This document shows positions 22,701 to 36,643 of a DNA stretch of 64,000 nt, piece by piece. The position numbers and the translations under genes were made by a program. How positions within the stretch are numbered: position 1 is the first letter of the stretch; every line of letters starts with the position of its first letter. Where the stretch lies: positions 124,001 through 188,000 of the forward strand of contig NW_026250441.1 of the NCBI RefSeq assembly GCF_024521635.1, in the 5' to 3' direction. The DNA comes from Tricharina praecox (lineage: Eukaryota). Below the pieces are notes generated by a model. It did not search any database. It had not been told where the DNA came from and saw nothing but the letters and a program-made list of their open reading frames with translations.

Positions 22701-25700
22701 GGTCATGGGAATATGTCTCGATGGGGGGACATGGGGGCATGGGGGAGAACTCAAGTCTCCAGATAGCCGCCGGGAACCAGGCACGTGCGATCAGGGAAGA
22801 GATATCTTACCACCTCCACTACCACGACCACCATCACCTCCACCACCACGAGTCTATAGTACCGTACCGACCGGAGAAGCCGCAGCTCAACAGCTCAACA
22901 GCCTCAAATTCTGGTCCGGATCGTTTTCTGCCTATCACGGCCCCCCCTCCCCGTCTAGACCCTGGAGCGGCGGATGTACTAACGAGAGAGTACCGGTAAC
23001 TACTATACAAGTAGATGTGTAGAGAGACCTCTTCGGCCTGCTTGTTTTGCAAATTTGAGGGAACAGAGGGGGGGGGGGGGGGGGGGCAGCAAAGGTGTGA
23101 CCCGACCCCACCCCATCCTGCTCGTCTTTCCGTCTGCCCGTCCGCCCCCGGCGAATCCGACGGATTCTGCACCATGATTGATAGATGAAGAAGGGACGCC
23201 TTGCTCGATCCTTCAGCCGAGGCGAGGCGTGTCTTGGACTCCACGCCTAGTTACGCATGGAAGTCCGTATGTGGGGATGGCAGCCAGCTTCCGTCGCTAG
23301 AGTAACTAGCCCGGAGCGGGACTCGGGGAGTCGGAGCCCGTCATAACGAGACATTTTAGTAGCCGGTTGGCTGGCTGGCATTGGCGTGCAAGGCTGGCTA
23401 TCCTACTCTCCGTCGTGACGAGGCTACTAACTACTGTACAGAGACATCTTGTTTCTTCGCTCACGTTGCCGTTGATGGTCGCCGGTTGGTAGTGAACATG
23501 GGGAAATTGCTGGTCCGGTGTGCACTATTAGTGGTGGTGTCGGAGTCGGAGTCGACGAGGTGGGATTCTGGGATGGGGATGTGGAATGTGGGGTGTGGAA
23601 TGTGGGCAGCTAGAGCCATATGGAGCGCGTGGTTGGCAACGAACGAACGAACGACCACCGGCTCCTTAGATTGCCCCTGGGTGCGTCGTCCAGCCAGTTG
23701 GTCCGTTTCTCCCGAGTGATCGAGACACGACGTCACTCGACACGGTGAGCAAGAAGCTTGCCTCGTCGTCGTCGTCGTCTTCGGAGAAGGAGGCGGGATT
23801 CGCTGCTGCGCAACCCAGTATCGCTTAACTTCCCGCCACGCACGCAACCACCGCCGTCGACTCTTGCGCGGAACACGGTACACGACAGCTGTGAGTGCAT
23901 CGCTGCCTCTACCACTTATGCCCGGTACGGCGGTACACCACAGCTGTGAGTGAGTGAGTGAGTTGCATCGTCGCTTCCAACCGCATATGCAGTGACATCG
24001 TGACATCGTGACTTTTTCCAAAGTGGACAGTCGGTCGGTCGGTCGGTCGTACTTTGCTTTTCAAGTCGAAGCTCGAGCTCCCTACCGCGAGCAGTATCTG
24101 CACTCTCGAGGAGCCCTCCCCCCCCGTTAACTCCGATCCGCCACGATCAACGCGGTGCCAGCTGCCCCACGTCCGCCAGTCCACATGCACATACCCGGAG
24201 AGTGTCGAGGCTGGAAGTCAACGCACGGAATCCGACAGCAGCCTGCCCTACAGCGAGTGAGTGAGTGCGTCCATCGGGGAGATCTTCCGCTGCTGCTGCT
24301 GTGCACTCCGCTGGGAAGCGGTGGTGGAGTGGGAGCGGTCAGAAGGAGCAAAGTCGGGCTGGGACGGCGCGGATGACTGGCAGCAGCAGCAGGTATGGTC
24401 AGATACATTCTGCAGGTAGAGGGGAGATTCGCAGTATCTTGCCCCGCAGTGCTGGTTCTGCTGCTGCTGCTAAATGGAAAGCTTCGGATCACACAACTTA
24501 CAAGTCTCCGCCCGCTCTCCGGCGTTTTTTTCCGCTGCAATACTCCGAGTGACTGCCTATGCGTTTCGTGTCGTGTCGTAATCTGCCCCCCCACCCCCGG
24601 AATGGATTGGCCCTTATGCGCGCATACGCGGGTCGCAATGCATTATTCCATCATCATCGAGGAGTACATGTAGGTACATGTGCAACGTATGCATAAATCT
24701 CCATGAGAGGATCCCCATGGCAGGTCAGCCGGCGGAGTGCGGAGTGCGGAGTGGGTGAGTGAGTGAGTGAACCGCCACTGTGGATGGACTGCACTGGACT
24801 GGTCACGAGACGACGGACGTGCCCCCTATTCCGTGCATATGTGGTCTTTCCCGTGACGTTGGACGGAGATGGAGTACATACACGTAGGTACACGTACATC
24901 CCCCCCTCCTCGTACCTTCCTATCCCCCGGCCAACGTAGCATATAGCGGGGGGGATATATCGCAAGCCCCCCCGCCCCCGCGAGCACGCACGGTATATAT
25001 GTACTCCATGTACGGTATGTACGTACGTCTATTTAAGAGCACCAACCAACCAACCAACCAACCGGCACGTAGCACCAGAACATCTCGGTAATCTTCGCTT
25101 GCTAGGCCATGGGGAAGGGGGGGAAGGGGGGGAGGGTGGGTCAGTAAGTAAGTCGGTCATGTTTTTCTTCTTCTTCTTCTCTCCCTCTTCCTCAGCCTTG
25201 GGACTTAGGATTTGAGATTGATTCAATCGGAATTGCTGCTGCGCCGGGCTCAGCCTCTACGGGATAAAACGGGTTTCAACTCCGTGTCAGTGGGTGGGTG
25301 GGTGGATGGGTGGGTGGATGTGTGTCGTGTGGGTGGGTGTGTCTGTGTTGCTCTTACTACGGCGGCATGAGGTCTCAGACTCAAACTCTGCTCCTCTCTA
25401 ACCTCGAGAGTCAGCGTCAGAACCGAGGAGTCGGAAGCACCCTCACCGCCCGCAGCATCAGCATCAGCCATCAGCCATCAGCTGCAATACCTCCGCCAGC
25501 GATATGAATTCCGTGCGCATCCATCAATCCATCCATCCATCCACCCATCCATCCATCCCTTTCCGTTCCGTACGTACGTGTACGTAGTAACTTAGGTTGG
25601 TAGGTGGGCGGTCAATTCCGGCCGTGAAGTATGCGGGTAGCCGTCCGGAGTGGTACACGAGGAGTAGGACTCAGGAGGGTGGGAAAAGTGAAGAGGACGC

Positions 25701-28561
25701 AAGACAGGACCAGACCTTACTATGTACTCGGTGACGGTTGCCATGGGAGAGCTAATAAAGTCCCAAATCGAGGAGTGCAGCAGGCATCTACTCCATGTAG
25801 ATAATAGTAACAAGAGTGCTATGTGGTGAGGGTATAGTACACCTGGCCCTCTCGTCGCTAGCACCGCCGCGTGCGAGCCATGCGATGTCTACAGCAGTTT
25901 ACTAGTACAGCAGCCGCAGCAGCAGCAGCGAAGCAACAGAAAAAAGGAAAGAAAGAAGAAACAAAGGTTTTGTTATCATGTATTCCCTCGTCCCCCACCA
26001 CGCGGAACTCATTGCTTCGCCGGGTCAGCTTGGTGATCGTGCCTGTGCCGGTGGGATGGGTGAAACGGATGAACTGTGGATGTACCATTGTACCATCCAT
26101 GAGCGACCATTGGCCACAGGAACAGGGCAACAGGAACCGGGCAGGGCTATGATGTACTCTACCTACGCATGTACATACCGAGGTATGTATAGTTAGTACG
26201 TATTCTGTTTCCCGCATTCGTTTCGGGATCTCCAGCGGGAAGCAGCTTGGGGATCGTCAGGAGTATCAGGAGTATGTCGAGCAGTAGGAGGAGTAGGAGG
26301 AGGAGGGCTGGTGGATGTACTTAGCTTAAACATCGCGTATATAGGTCCCACGGTTGTGTATCCGGTACGGTATGGTACGCTACGGTACGGTGGTTGTGGT
26401 TGTGTAGCCACCCACCCATCCGGGAGTGCTACCATTCGGAGGAGTCTAGGGAGCGGAAGCTGAGGAATTAGCATGGACAGGATAGCTAGATACGCTGCCA
26501 GGTGTAGGAACGATGATGCTGGTCAGTGGTTACTTTCGAGCTGGGTAGGAAAACTACCAACTAGACCAAGAACTCCCGTTGCCCCCCCCTTGCCCCCCTA
26601 ATCAACCGGTACATACCTGTTTGGCTCTATCCCGATTCCCGCCTGGAGCCCCCCCCAAATCTATCTAGTATCGGTACATACCTGTTTCCCTCCCTCCCGA
26701 TTCCCGTAGGAAGTGATGATGATGCGATGTGCCTCCAGTCGACTCGGATAGGGGGTGGAGGTAGCTTTGCGTGCGTATCTACATGTCGGCAGTGCTCTCT
26801 CGCAAGACTTGGGGTACGAATAGTGCTTACTTTTTAGCAGTCCGCTCAGCAAAAAAAAACCGTGAGTACCCTGCAAGGCTGCATCATCCCGGCCCCCCAG
26901 GCATGCACGGAGGATCACTCGCTTGGCCGCCTACCCTCCCTCACCCCCCGGTCCCGGTCCGGCTAAGTTACTAGAGCAATTCCCACCCTCTCGCCTATGA
27001 AGTTACCGGTACCTTTCTCACTTGACCTCTGCTGCACCGGCGGGTACCTACATTGATGCCTACTTACATACAGGTCCCCTGTCCATCCATCCATCCATCC
27101 ATGCCCCCCCCCCCCGCAACACCGTCGTCGACTCACCTTACCAGCCAGCCAGTCTGCCTGCCTGAAAGAACGGAGAAACCTACGTACCGCACGCACCGTA
27201 ACTAGTAACGACACGACGTCACGGCCATGGGGGCTACGAAAATCCAGCTCAATCTCCAGACTCCAGTACCTATTCGCCTATGTATGTATTGAACATTCAC
27301 AATGCACATTTCCTTTCGCAACTAGGGCACGTGCGCCCGCCGGGGAGTTCTTCTTCCAGAGCTGATGGTCGATGTAGTTTTGTACCGGAGGGGACGGAAG
27401 GCGATGGTGTCACACCCCCCCAACTCACCCCCACGGAGGAAAAAGCGCACGGTAAAAAGGAAAACGTAGCCTGCCATGGTGAGTGAGTGCGTGAGCTCTG
27501 CGTCGCCACTGGACGATTTCCCGAAACGAAACGAAACGAAACGAATCTCGGATTCTCGGCCGGGCGGGGTTGGGAGGGGGGTCGCGTGGCAGCCTTGCAG
27601 GGTGAGTGAATTGAGTGAATTGAGCTCTACGAAACTACGCAGCTACGCCGCGCGGGGGGGTTCGGTGGTAATTTATCTATCCATCCGCTGGGTTCTGGGA
27701 TCGATATCTACGGTAGATATACATAGTACTATGTAAGTGGTAGGTAGTGATACTGTATGTAAGTACTGCACCGCCGCCTCGTCATGTATCAGCCTTCAGC
27801 TGAGGCTTCGCCTTGTTTTGCGCATCTTCTTTTCCATACATATGACAGCCCACCGTCCACGCCTCTATCAGGGCTTCCCCATGCATACACACATAACCTG
27901 TAGATACATAATCCACCAGTCCGGCCCAGCCCGGCCCAGCCCAGCCAGCAGTGCCCTCGCTTGTCAAAACCAAGACGGGTTACTGGGATTGATCATTGGG
28001 CTGGCTTTCACACGTTCTGCCCCCAAGCTGAGGCTCCCACACCCCACGCCACGTCCACGGGCTACATACGGGCCATGAGTCATCTACGGAATACGGTGGT
28101 GGCGGCCTTCCCGTTTCGGCCGTGGATATCTAGGTAGAGTAATTAACACAACACGGTTAGCCCATACATATTTCCAGAAATCCAATCCAGAAAGCCTGAC
28201 ATCTTATTTCCCCCCACCGAATGCTCCTCCATCTATGTATGTAGTCTGCTCTCCGCACCTCCTCGGCGAGAGCGCGCACGTGTCTCCCCCGTGCGCCTGC
28301 GTGGAGTGGCAGAACCGGGTTTGTAACTTCGCAGTCGGTGCATCAGCATAATGCATTGACCGGCGTTGACCGGTGATGAATGCGTCGGGACTCGGGACTC
28401 TAGTTGATCGCGCGCGCCGAGCGGGCGGGTGGGCTAGGGCGGGCGGGCTAGGGCGGGCTAGGGCGGGATAGGGCGGGCGCGGGCGGGACGGTGGGACGGT
28501 ACATACGTGGGCGGAAGAGATCTCAGGCTTCGGGGTAGAACGAAGCGTGGAGTTCCAGCCT

Positions 28562-28596
<35 letters not shown>

Positions 28597-29503
28597 ACCG
28601 CGCTCCGCGGGGCTGCCACCAGCGACTCTGCGAGCAAGGCAAGGCAAGAAAAGCACCAAGTCATATGTACAATACATATCCGCACGGAGACTATCCAGCC
28701 GAAGAGGCCGTGCGCTTTACTATGTACTCTATGTACCGGTACATGGGTGGATCTACTAACTAGTAGTAGTGATAGTGCTAGTAACTACTCTACTAGGTGG
28801 ATGGGTGGATACTAGCATCCATCCGGCGCTCTGCGGATATCAAACAGACTGCGCACTTCGACCTGCGGACTGGAACTACATACGGACTGGGACTGGGACT
28901 GCGGACTGGGACCACGGACCACGGACTGCATATCCGTTCCGACTCCAGGGAGCACATCAGGCTGCAGCCTTCAAATTTTCTTCACGATGATCATCGTTCC
29001 TACTAGTTAGAGGAGGACCTGGGTCTGGGGTACCTAGGCGAGCACTGCCGACCGAAGTGGCGGACATGAGCTCGCTCGCTCTATGATAGATATGTGCATA
29101 CATATCATACTAGACTTAGGCACGTCGCCGCTTATGTATGTATGTAGAGTATGTGCCTGCACCTGCCGGTGGCGGCGGGCACTTATGTACGTATCTGGCC
29201 GACCGGGCCAGGTATGTACATAACGACGTGTTCTTTTTTTTGTTTCTTTTTTCTTTCAATCATTCCCGCACGTGGACGACACTGGCAGTAGATGATGGGT
29301 GAAGTATTTCCTTTGCTCCTTGATAATCATAGTTATCATAGCCATAGCATACTTTAGAAACGCCGTTTCTACACTACATGTCGTAATCTGGAGTCTGGGG
29401 GACTGGATTATCCTATCCTATCCTATCCAGCCAGCCCGGGGCGGCGAGAAGCCAGCCAGCAGAGAGAAGAAAGAAAGGAAAAAGAAAAAGAAAAATACCT
29501 AGC

Positions 29504-29544
29504 CGAGAGAGAGACAGAGACACGGAAACAGAGACAGAGACAGA

Positions 29545-29592
<48 letters not shown>
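29504..29592 (+). repeat. (GA)n / (GAGACA)n microsatellite
   Basis: Direct reading. Confidence 0.95.
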
Positions 29593-29599
<7 letters not shown>

Positions 29600-30230
29600 A
29601 AATGACCAATCAGAACCCCCACCATCCCCCCATCCCATCCGCCTTCCCATCCCATCCCCCGGAAACACGAGACCCGAAAGGAAAGAAAAAAAAGAACCTG
29701 ACATTAATGAACAAAGAAAACAAAAAAAAAACAGTCGACGGACCAATGCTAGTAGCTGCCAAATGACCCAGGAAATTTGTTTGGAAGAAAAGAAGGAGAA
29801 ATTGGAAAAAGAAGAAAAGAAAAGAAAAGAAAAAGATTGAAGGATCGAAAATGTCGAGAAAATAAAAGAGAAATAAGTAAAACCCGTTACCCATATATAA
29901 AAATCACAAAAATCAAAACATAAAAGGAAAAGCCAACAGAAAGAAACACCATCCCCACCCCTCCTATAGAAAAGAAAAACCCCTTCCCCCCCACCCCCAA
30001 ACCCACAAAGCAGAACCACAGTAACACCGATATTTGCCTGAGCAACCCCAATTTAGTTAAGTAGATGATGATGATGACGATGACGATGGAATAGTTGAAA
30101 GAAACGACGACGACGACGGCGAAGAGTGATAAGGAAAAGAAGCGTTTCGATGTTTGCGCTGGTGCGTATGTTGATGTTGATGTTGATGATGTTGATGTTG
30201 ATGTTGAAGTTGCGACCGACCGGTGACCCG

Positions 30231-31250
30231 CTACTCCTTATCGATACCCAATCCAAATCCCTCGCTCCCCTCCTCGCTGACCTGGCTGAGTTCGCGCTTC
30301 ATATCGCACGGCTGGGGGAAGCCGTCGCTCGTGCAGCTAACGGCGCTGTTTGTGCTCGCCGAGTTGGGGCCGGAGCCGGGCAGCATCTGCGTGTTGATGG
30401 GCTGCGGGCAGATCTCCTTCCACTTCTTTTCGCACGTGCTACCGGGGATCTTCTTCTTGCAGCCAATCTCGAGCATCCGTTGGGAAATCAACTCCCACTT
30501 TTGCTTCTCGATGTGTTCCTTCGCTTCCTTGAGGTATTGGATCTAAGAGTGATGTCATGTCAGCATGTGGAAACGTGAAAAAGAAGAGAAAAAAAAGAAA
30601 AAACCGAATCCGGTTGTTGGAAGGGTAAAACATACATCTTCGACTTCCCATACCCGCATCTTCTCCTTGAGTCGCTTGTATCGCATCTGGAGAGTCGGGA
30701 CTCGGAATTCGCCTCGGCTGAGATCCCGGAATCTCTGGGCGATAGCCTTCCACGGCAGCCCCTCCTCATCCTTGAGTTTGAGAAGGAGGTTATCGTCCTC
30801 GGTCATGGTCCAGGCCTCCTTGCTGGTGCTCTTCCTCCGCTTTGAGGGCTGGGGGGATGACGATGGCGTGATGATCTCGGGCTGATAAGGCCGCTTGAAG
30901 TTGGTCTGGCTCGGAAGGGGACACATGCTCGACAGCTGATATGTCGTCATCGGAGGCAGGCTGTGGTGGTGCGGCGTCGTGTTGCCGGTGTGGTCGTCAT
31001 CCTGCTCGGAGTGGATGGACTCGCGGTCCTGGGAGAAGGATGGCGACTTCATGATGGGGGCCACATGCTGCTCGACCATGGACTGGGCCGCATGTGGGAG
31101 ATGCTGCGACGGGTATGTGTGAGGGTGGGTGGGCCCGTGGGAGTGAGTGTGGCCGTGGTGCGAGTGATGATGGTCACCGAGTGTTGCGTGGTAGCTCAAG
31201 GTGCTCTATATGAAGGAGTCAGTTTATTTTTCTTCTTTTCTATTCTTTCT

Positions 31251-31293
<43 letters not shown>

Positions 31294-31396
31294 GAGAGGA
31301 GAGGAGAGAGAGAGAATTCTGCGACGGCGGCCAAACACGTACCGACAGTGGTTGCCACTCCTGAGCTTCCGTGACTCCTCCGTGATAGCTGTTCAT
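30231..31396 (-). CDS. Myb/SANT-like two-repeat DNA-binding protein, 3 exons (31396-31343, 31205-30636, 30542-30231), about 311 aa; start codon uncertain
   Basis: Phase-0 introns 31342-31206 (GTACGT...ACTGAC...TAG) and 30635-30543 (GTATGT...GCTGAC...TAG) give a His-rich N-terminus, an NLS-like KRRK, WTMTEDDNLLLKLKDEEGLPWKAIAQRF...LQMRYKRLK and a second repeat WEVEDIQYLKEAKEHIEKQKWELISQRM...CEKKWKEI. Confidence 0.85.
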
Positions 31397-32362
31397 GACT
31401 CTGTAGCTGTTTGCGTGCGCCAGCACGTCCTGTAGGTCGAACGTGGTTGTCGACGAGAACACTGTCGGGTACGCTGCACTGGAGTGTGCGGATAGCAGCT
31501 GATGGAAAGCCGGTGCCCACGGTAAAGACCGTGGTATAACTTCCAGTTCCTGAATTTTGATTGATTTTGGGGGGGAAGACGTGGGAAGAATTGAGTCCCG
31601 TATCTTTCTTCCAGATGAAGAAAGAAATCGCTGGGGGGCTGTGGATGTTGTTTGAAGTTCGTTCTCGGTGGATGTCGGTGACTAGTAGGATGGAAGGGCC
31701 GATCTGTAGTGTTGAAGCGCTTGGTCGTAGGCGGATGGACAAAGTGTGGAGACGAGGAGGGTGATGCTGCGGGAGAGGATGGATGGCAGGATCTTTGGCG
31801 GCTGTCGGATCGGATATGTAGTGGCAGTGGTAGTAGTAGTAGTGATGGTGGTAGGGTAGTAGTAGTGGTAGTAGTGGTAGTAGTAGTGGTAGTGGTGGTA
31901 GCAGTGGCAGTAGTAGCAGCAGTGAGGATATGAGGCAGTCAGAAGAGCTCTCGGAGGCGGGCCGCAGCTGCTAAATAGCTATGCGATGCGATGTGGAGTA
32001 GGAAGTCTGTGGTTTTAAGTGTACAGCCCAACAGCGGTACCGCGAGCAGGTAAGTGGTGAGGATTGCGAGAACCCTGGCCGTGGATGGGATGCAGTCGAT
32101 GTTACACGGCAGACGAGCGAGGGAGCAAGCATAAACTCGGTTCTTTCAAAGATTGTCCCTAACTGTCTTTGCTTTTTTCTTTATTTTTCTTTTGGCCTGT
32201 GCAGTCAGTGAACTGCGGCCCCCCCCCGCCACCACCCTTGTCGCATCCCCCTCCCACCCCCCCCCCCCCCCCCCCCCCCCCCATGCGCTCCCATACACGT
32301 CCGATAGAGCGAACAGCGAGTAATATGTAAGTAAGTCAGTGCTTGCTTAGTTGTGGATGGGA

Positions 32363-32484
32363 GAGAGTGAGAGAGTGAGAGAGTGAGAGAGTGAGAGAGT
32401 GAGAGAGTGAGAGAGTGAGAGAGTGAGAGAGTGAGAGAGTGAGAGAGTGAGAGAGTGAGAGAGTGAGAGAGTGAGAGAGTGAGA
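32363..32484 (+). repeat. (GAGAGTGA)n octamer repeat, about 15 copies
   Basis: Direct reading; about 1 kb upstream of the Myb-like gene. Confidence 0.95.
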
Positions 32485-33099
32485 AGGTTGCGCAGGGGCC
32501 GCGGCGGTTTCCTTCCTCGTGGACGGCCAGCCCATGCCATGTCCACCGTTCCTGCCTGCTTGCCTGCTTGCCTGCCTCTGCCTACCTGCACTGCTTGCCT
32601 AGAGTACCTGCCTGCCGGGTCTCCGTCGTCGTCAAGTCCGAGTCTCCCTATCGTCCATCCTCCGTCCCCCGTCTTCCGTCTCCATCCCCGTCCTGTCCGA
32701 GGGGCACGCCCTCTTTCGGCGAAAACATTCGTTCGTTCTCGACTCGGAGTTGGTCCACTGATCTTCTTGGTTAGCTCGGAGCCTGGTTAGAGTGGTTGGT
32801 TAGTTAGCGATCCCATCTGGCCAAGGAATGCCCGGTACGGCCCTCGACTTGTCTGCGTTTCACAGCCCAGCGTCTCTAAGCGCCCCTGTTTGTCCCCTAG
32901 AGCTGCGCTTGACAGGGTCACCACGATGCCTAGGTAGCGACCACCGTGATCCTTGACCCGACGTAGACTCCGACTCTCCCTTTCTCTGCCTCGAAAATCC
33001 CCTCTCTCTCTGCCTCGAACATCCCCTCTCTCTCTTCTCCCTCCTCCTCCTCCCCCGTTCCGCGTGAATCCCTCGGGGTGGGGGGGCCAAACGGGCTGG

Positions 33100-33252
33100 C
33101 CGTGGCTTGCTGGCTGTGGCTTGCTGGCTGTGGCTTGCTGGCCGTGGCTTGCTGGCTGTGGCTTGCTGGCTGTGGCTTGCTGGCTGGCCACTACGCTCGG
33201 ACGGTGGCCGGACGGTGGCCGGACGGTGGCCGGACGGTGGCCGGACGGTGGC
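33100..33252 (+). repeat. Adjacent minisatellites (TGGCTTGCTGGCYG)n and (GGACGGTGGCC)n
   Basis: Direct reading. Confidence 0.9.
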
Positions 33253-34574
33253 TGCTCGCTGGCACGCCGCCGACTCGGTGGGCGGGCGTGCAGGGCACAT
33301 CATCTCAGCGCAGGGCCGCGGCGGGCGGGAGAGGACACGGTTAGGTATCGCAGGCAGAAAGTGGGTACTACTTTTGGTGTCCCCCCCTTGTTGGAGTGGC
33401 GGGGGTCACTGGTCAATCAGCAGCAGCAGCACAGCGCCATGCCTTTCTGTGACCTCAGCGCGAAAACCCCAAACCATCTCCCGGGTCACCACTGTCCACT
33501 CGACTCGGTGATGACCTAGGGGGGGGCGACGAGCGACGAGCGACGAGGGACAAGCCCCATCTGGTATCCATCCATCCATCCATCCATCCATCCATCTCTT
33601 CTTGCACTGCACCTCCGCATAGGTTTCCTGTCATCGGTTCTTACATACTTCCTACCTACCCGCCTGGCCCCCGTCGCCGCCGCCGGTGAGAGTCCATTCC
33701 TTCCTCCTTCGCGCCCCGCCTTCGCAGCGAGCTCACATCCTGCTCTGTGCTCATGCTCTCCCTGACTATTATGCTACACACGCAAGTCTCGACGTCTCCG
33801 TCCATCCATCCGTCTAGACGTGCATACGATTAGCGATTCTATCTAGTGGGCGTCGCGCTCCAGGCAGGCACGATGTTCGAATTAATTAATTAAAAGGTAA
33901 ACAGCCGAACTGGGGGAAAATAAAAAGTAAAAAGCAAAAAGTAAAAAGTAACGACAGCTAAAGTCCGGCACGGCCACCACGCGCCGTCATGGTCGTCCCA
34001 CAATACCGTTGTTTTCCCGCGATACCTACAAAATTCTGCTAGACGGAATGGGGAGCTACGTGCTATGTAGCGTTCTCGCCGGGCGCCATCATCATCATCA
34101 TCATCATCATCATCGTCGTCGTCATCGTCGTCGTCGTCGTCGCGCCAGTACAGTCCAGTCTTTCTCGCACCGCCAAACGAACGAGCGAACGAACGAGTTC
34201 AAGGAACTTTTGCATCGACCGACCGCCCGACCGATTGACACATCAAACGAGCCGGAGCTCATTCGGCATTGCTAATAGGTCGCAGGCCAACAGCCAGGCG
34301 CTACGCTAGGAACTCATGTGGGTAAACTGTTCGGACTCGCATCGCATGCCGCCCATCTGAATGCTCCGGTCGTGTGGGGATCATCCTCGAGAATCCTCCT
34401 GTCGGTGACGTGAGATGAGCATGAGCGTGAGCGTGAGCGGAGGGGTGAGTGGAATGAGTACATAACGCGCCGGGGGTTGATTTTCTTTCTTGCGCTTCAT
34501 GGGGAAATCCCCGAGCGCAACGGCGCGGAGGGGGACAAGATGAAGATGATGAAGAAGAGGAATCCCTGGTTTCG

Positions 34575-34600
34575 TCTCTCTTTCTCTTTCTCTTTCTCTT

Positions 34601-34635
<35 letters not shown>

Positions 34636-34701
34636 TTCTCTTTCTCTCTCTCTCTCTCTTTCTCTTTCTCTTTCTCTTTCTCTTTCTCTTTCTCTTTCTC
34701 T

Positions 34702-34740
<39 letters not shown>

Positions 34741-34756
34741 TCTCTTTCTCTCTCTC
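34575..34756 (+). repeat. Compound (TCTCTT)n/(TC)n polypyrimidine tract, about 180 bp
   Basis: Direct reading. Confidence 0.95.
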
Positions 34757-36611
34757 AGCCCATGGTTCATCATCCACAATCGCGCTCCCGGAGGACCCCA
34801 TCGATCCCCCCGAGTCCTCACATCACCCCCTCACCCTCCCTCCCTCCTCCAAATCCATCCTCCCTCCATCAGCAGTAGAGTACACTACACTACACTACAC
34901 ATACTCTACAGCCCAGTCCAGCCCAGCACGGCGAATCACCATTGCGCGTCTACTAGTACCTATCGTACTCTACATAGTGTAAGGTGCATGTCGCAGAGTA
35001 CATAGACTTGCCCATGGGCCACTCCCGTGACTTTCAGTATCTGCAGGTCGTGCATGAGGCCGTCAGGCCGTGAGGCCGGGAGTCGGGAGGCCGGTTAAGC
35101 CGCTTCCGCACCCTTGTCCATGTCCCAATGTCCATGCTTCCCTCCCTCCCTCTTCGCACTCAGCGATAATCGATAGGCAAGACTGGGAATGGAAGTGGGT
35201 TCCCGATCGAGTCGAGCTTCTTTCGCTGCACGGAAACACTCGAGCCAGTTGGGGCCATCTCTTTTTTTATTGTTTTTGTTCTTTTGTGTTTTTATTTTGT
35301 TTTGTAGAGAGTACAGTAGAGAGTACCTAGAGTTCGGTACTTGTAATGAGGGGCTCGGCAAGTAGAAGAGGGGAAGTCCCTATTCGTTCCATGTCTGCGT
35401 GGCACTTCCTCTCCTGACGAAACGTGACGATTCCGTCCGCCGTCTCGGCTTGGTACGTACATTCTCAGATGGCCGACGAGGTCTTGGAACAAGCACTTCT
35501 TTCTTTCCTTTCTTTCTTTCTCTTTCTCGCGACAACATCCGGGCGGTAAAACCAGCACCAGCACCAGCACCAGCACCACCACCACCAGCACCACCACCAG
35601 CATGTGCATGTGACCCGTCACAAAACCCAGTCGAGAGATCGTCACCACCAATTCATCCCGTCCGCGATTTCGCACGCCCGCACGCACAGTTGATATGGTA
35701 TGGTATGGTATGGTCTGGTCTGGTCTGGTCTGGTCTCGTCTATTCTGTATTGTCTTTCGTGTGCTGGCTTCGTGCTGCGCAGCACAGGCCGGAAATTGTC
35801 TATCGCACCTACATACATATAGCGACGACGACGGCGGTGTCGGCGGCCTCGCCAGCCGCGCGCGCATCGCACCATAGAGTACATTGCCGATCCGGATCGG
35901 ATCGGCCCGCGCCTCGAGTCCGGTGCAGTCTGGTGCAGTCCAGTTGTTTACGGTTACATATATCCGTGACCGTCACGGGTGGCATGGCATGCCGGTATGT
36001 AGCGCGGCGAGGCGGGGCGTGGATGGGGGATGGGGCTTGGATGGGCGGGATGGGGGGCGGGGAGGGGGGGGAAGGGGCGGATTACACATGCGAGCTGGTC
36101 TGGCTTTCTGCTTTGCTTCGATTTTACTTTGCGCGCGAGGGGAGGATGCATGACGCTCCGCCTGTAGCCTACAGAGTACAGTACTCTGAACTAGCACAGG
36201 GCTCAGCCTGCTCCCTATCTAGCGGGCTGACAGGGGCTGGTACCGTATTGCGGCGCTTAATTAGTTAGAGTAGAGTACGGTAGCTCCCTTGCGATCCCCT
36301 CCCTCCCCGCGCGCTCAGCTGCATGTCGAAATCGCAACGAAACGTTCCAGAAAGATCCTGAGTCCTGAATGATTGATTTGTGCATTCTGTTCGCTCGCTG
36401 TTCGGTGCGGAGGTGACGAGGGGGGCAGGGGGAAGGGGGAAGGGGGGGGGGGGGGGGGGGGGGGGGGCGTGACTGGACTTTCACCATCGCGCAGAATACG
36501 GATTGTCTCGTAGAGCACATAAAGTACATACTGTACATAGAGTAGTTGCGCCGGAGGATTTGCTCGCTGGGTGGAGTGTGCAGTGGCTTTTGCTGCAGGT
36601 CGAGCCACACC

Positions 36612-36643
<32 letters not shown>

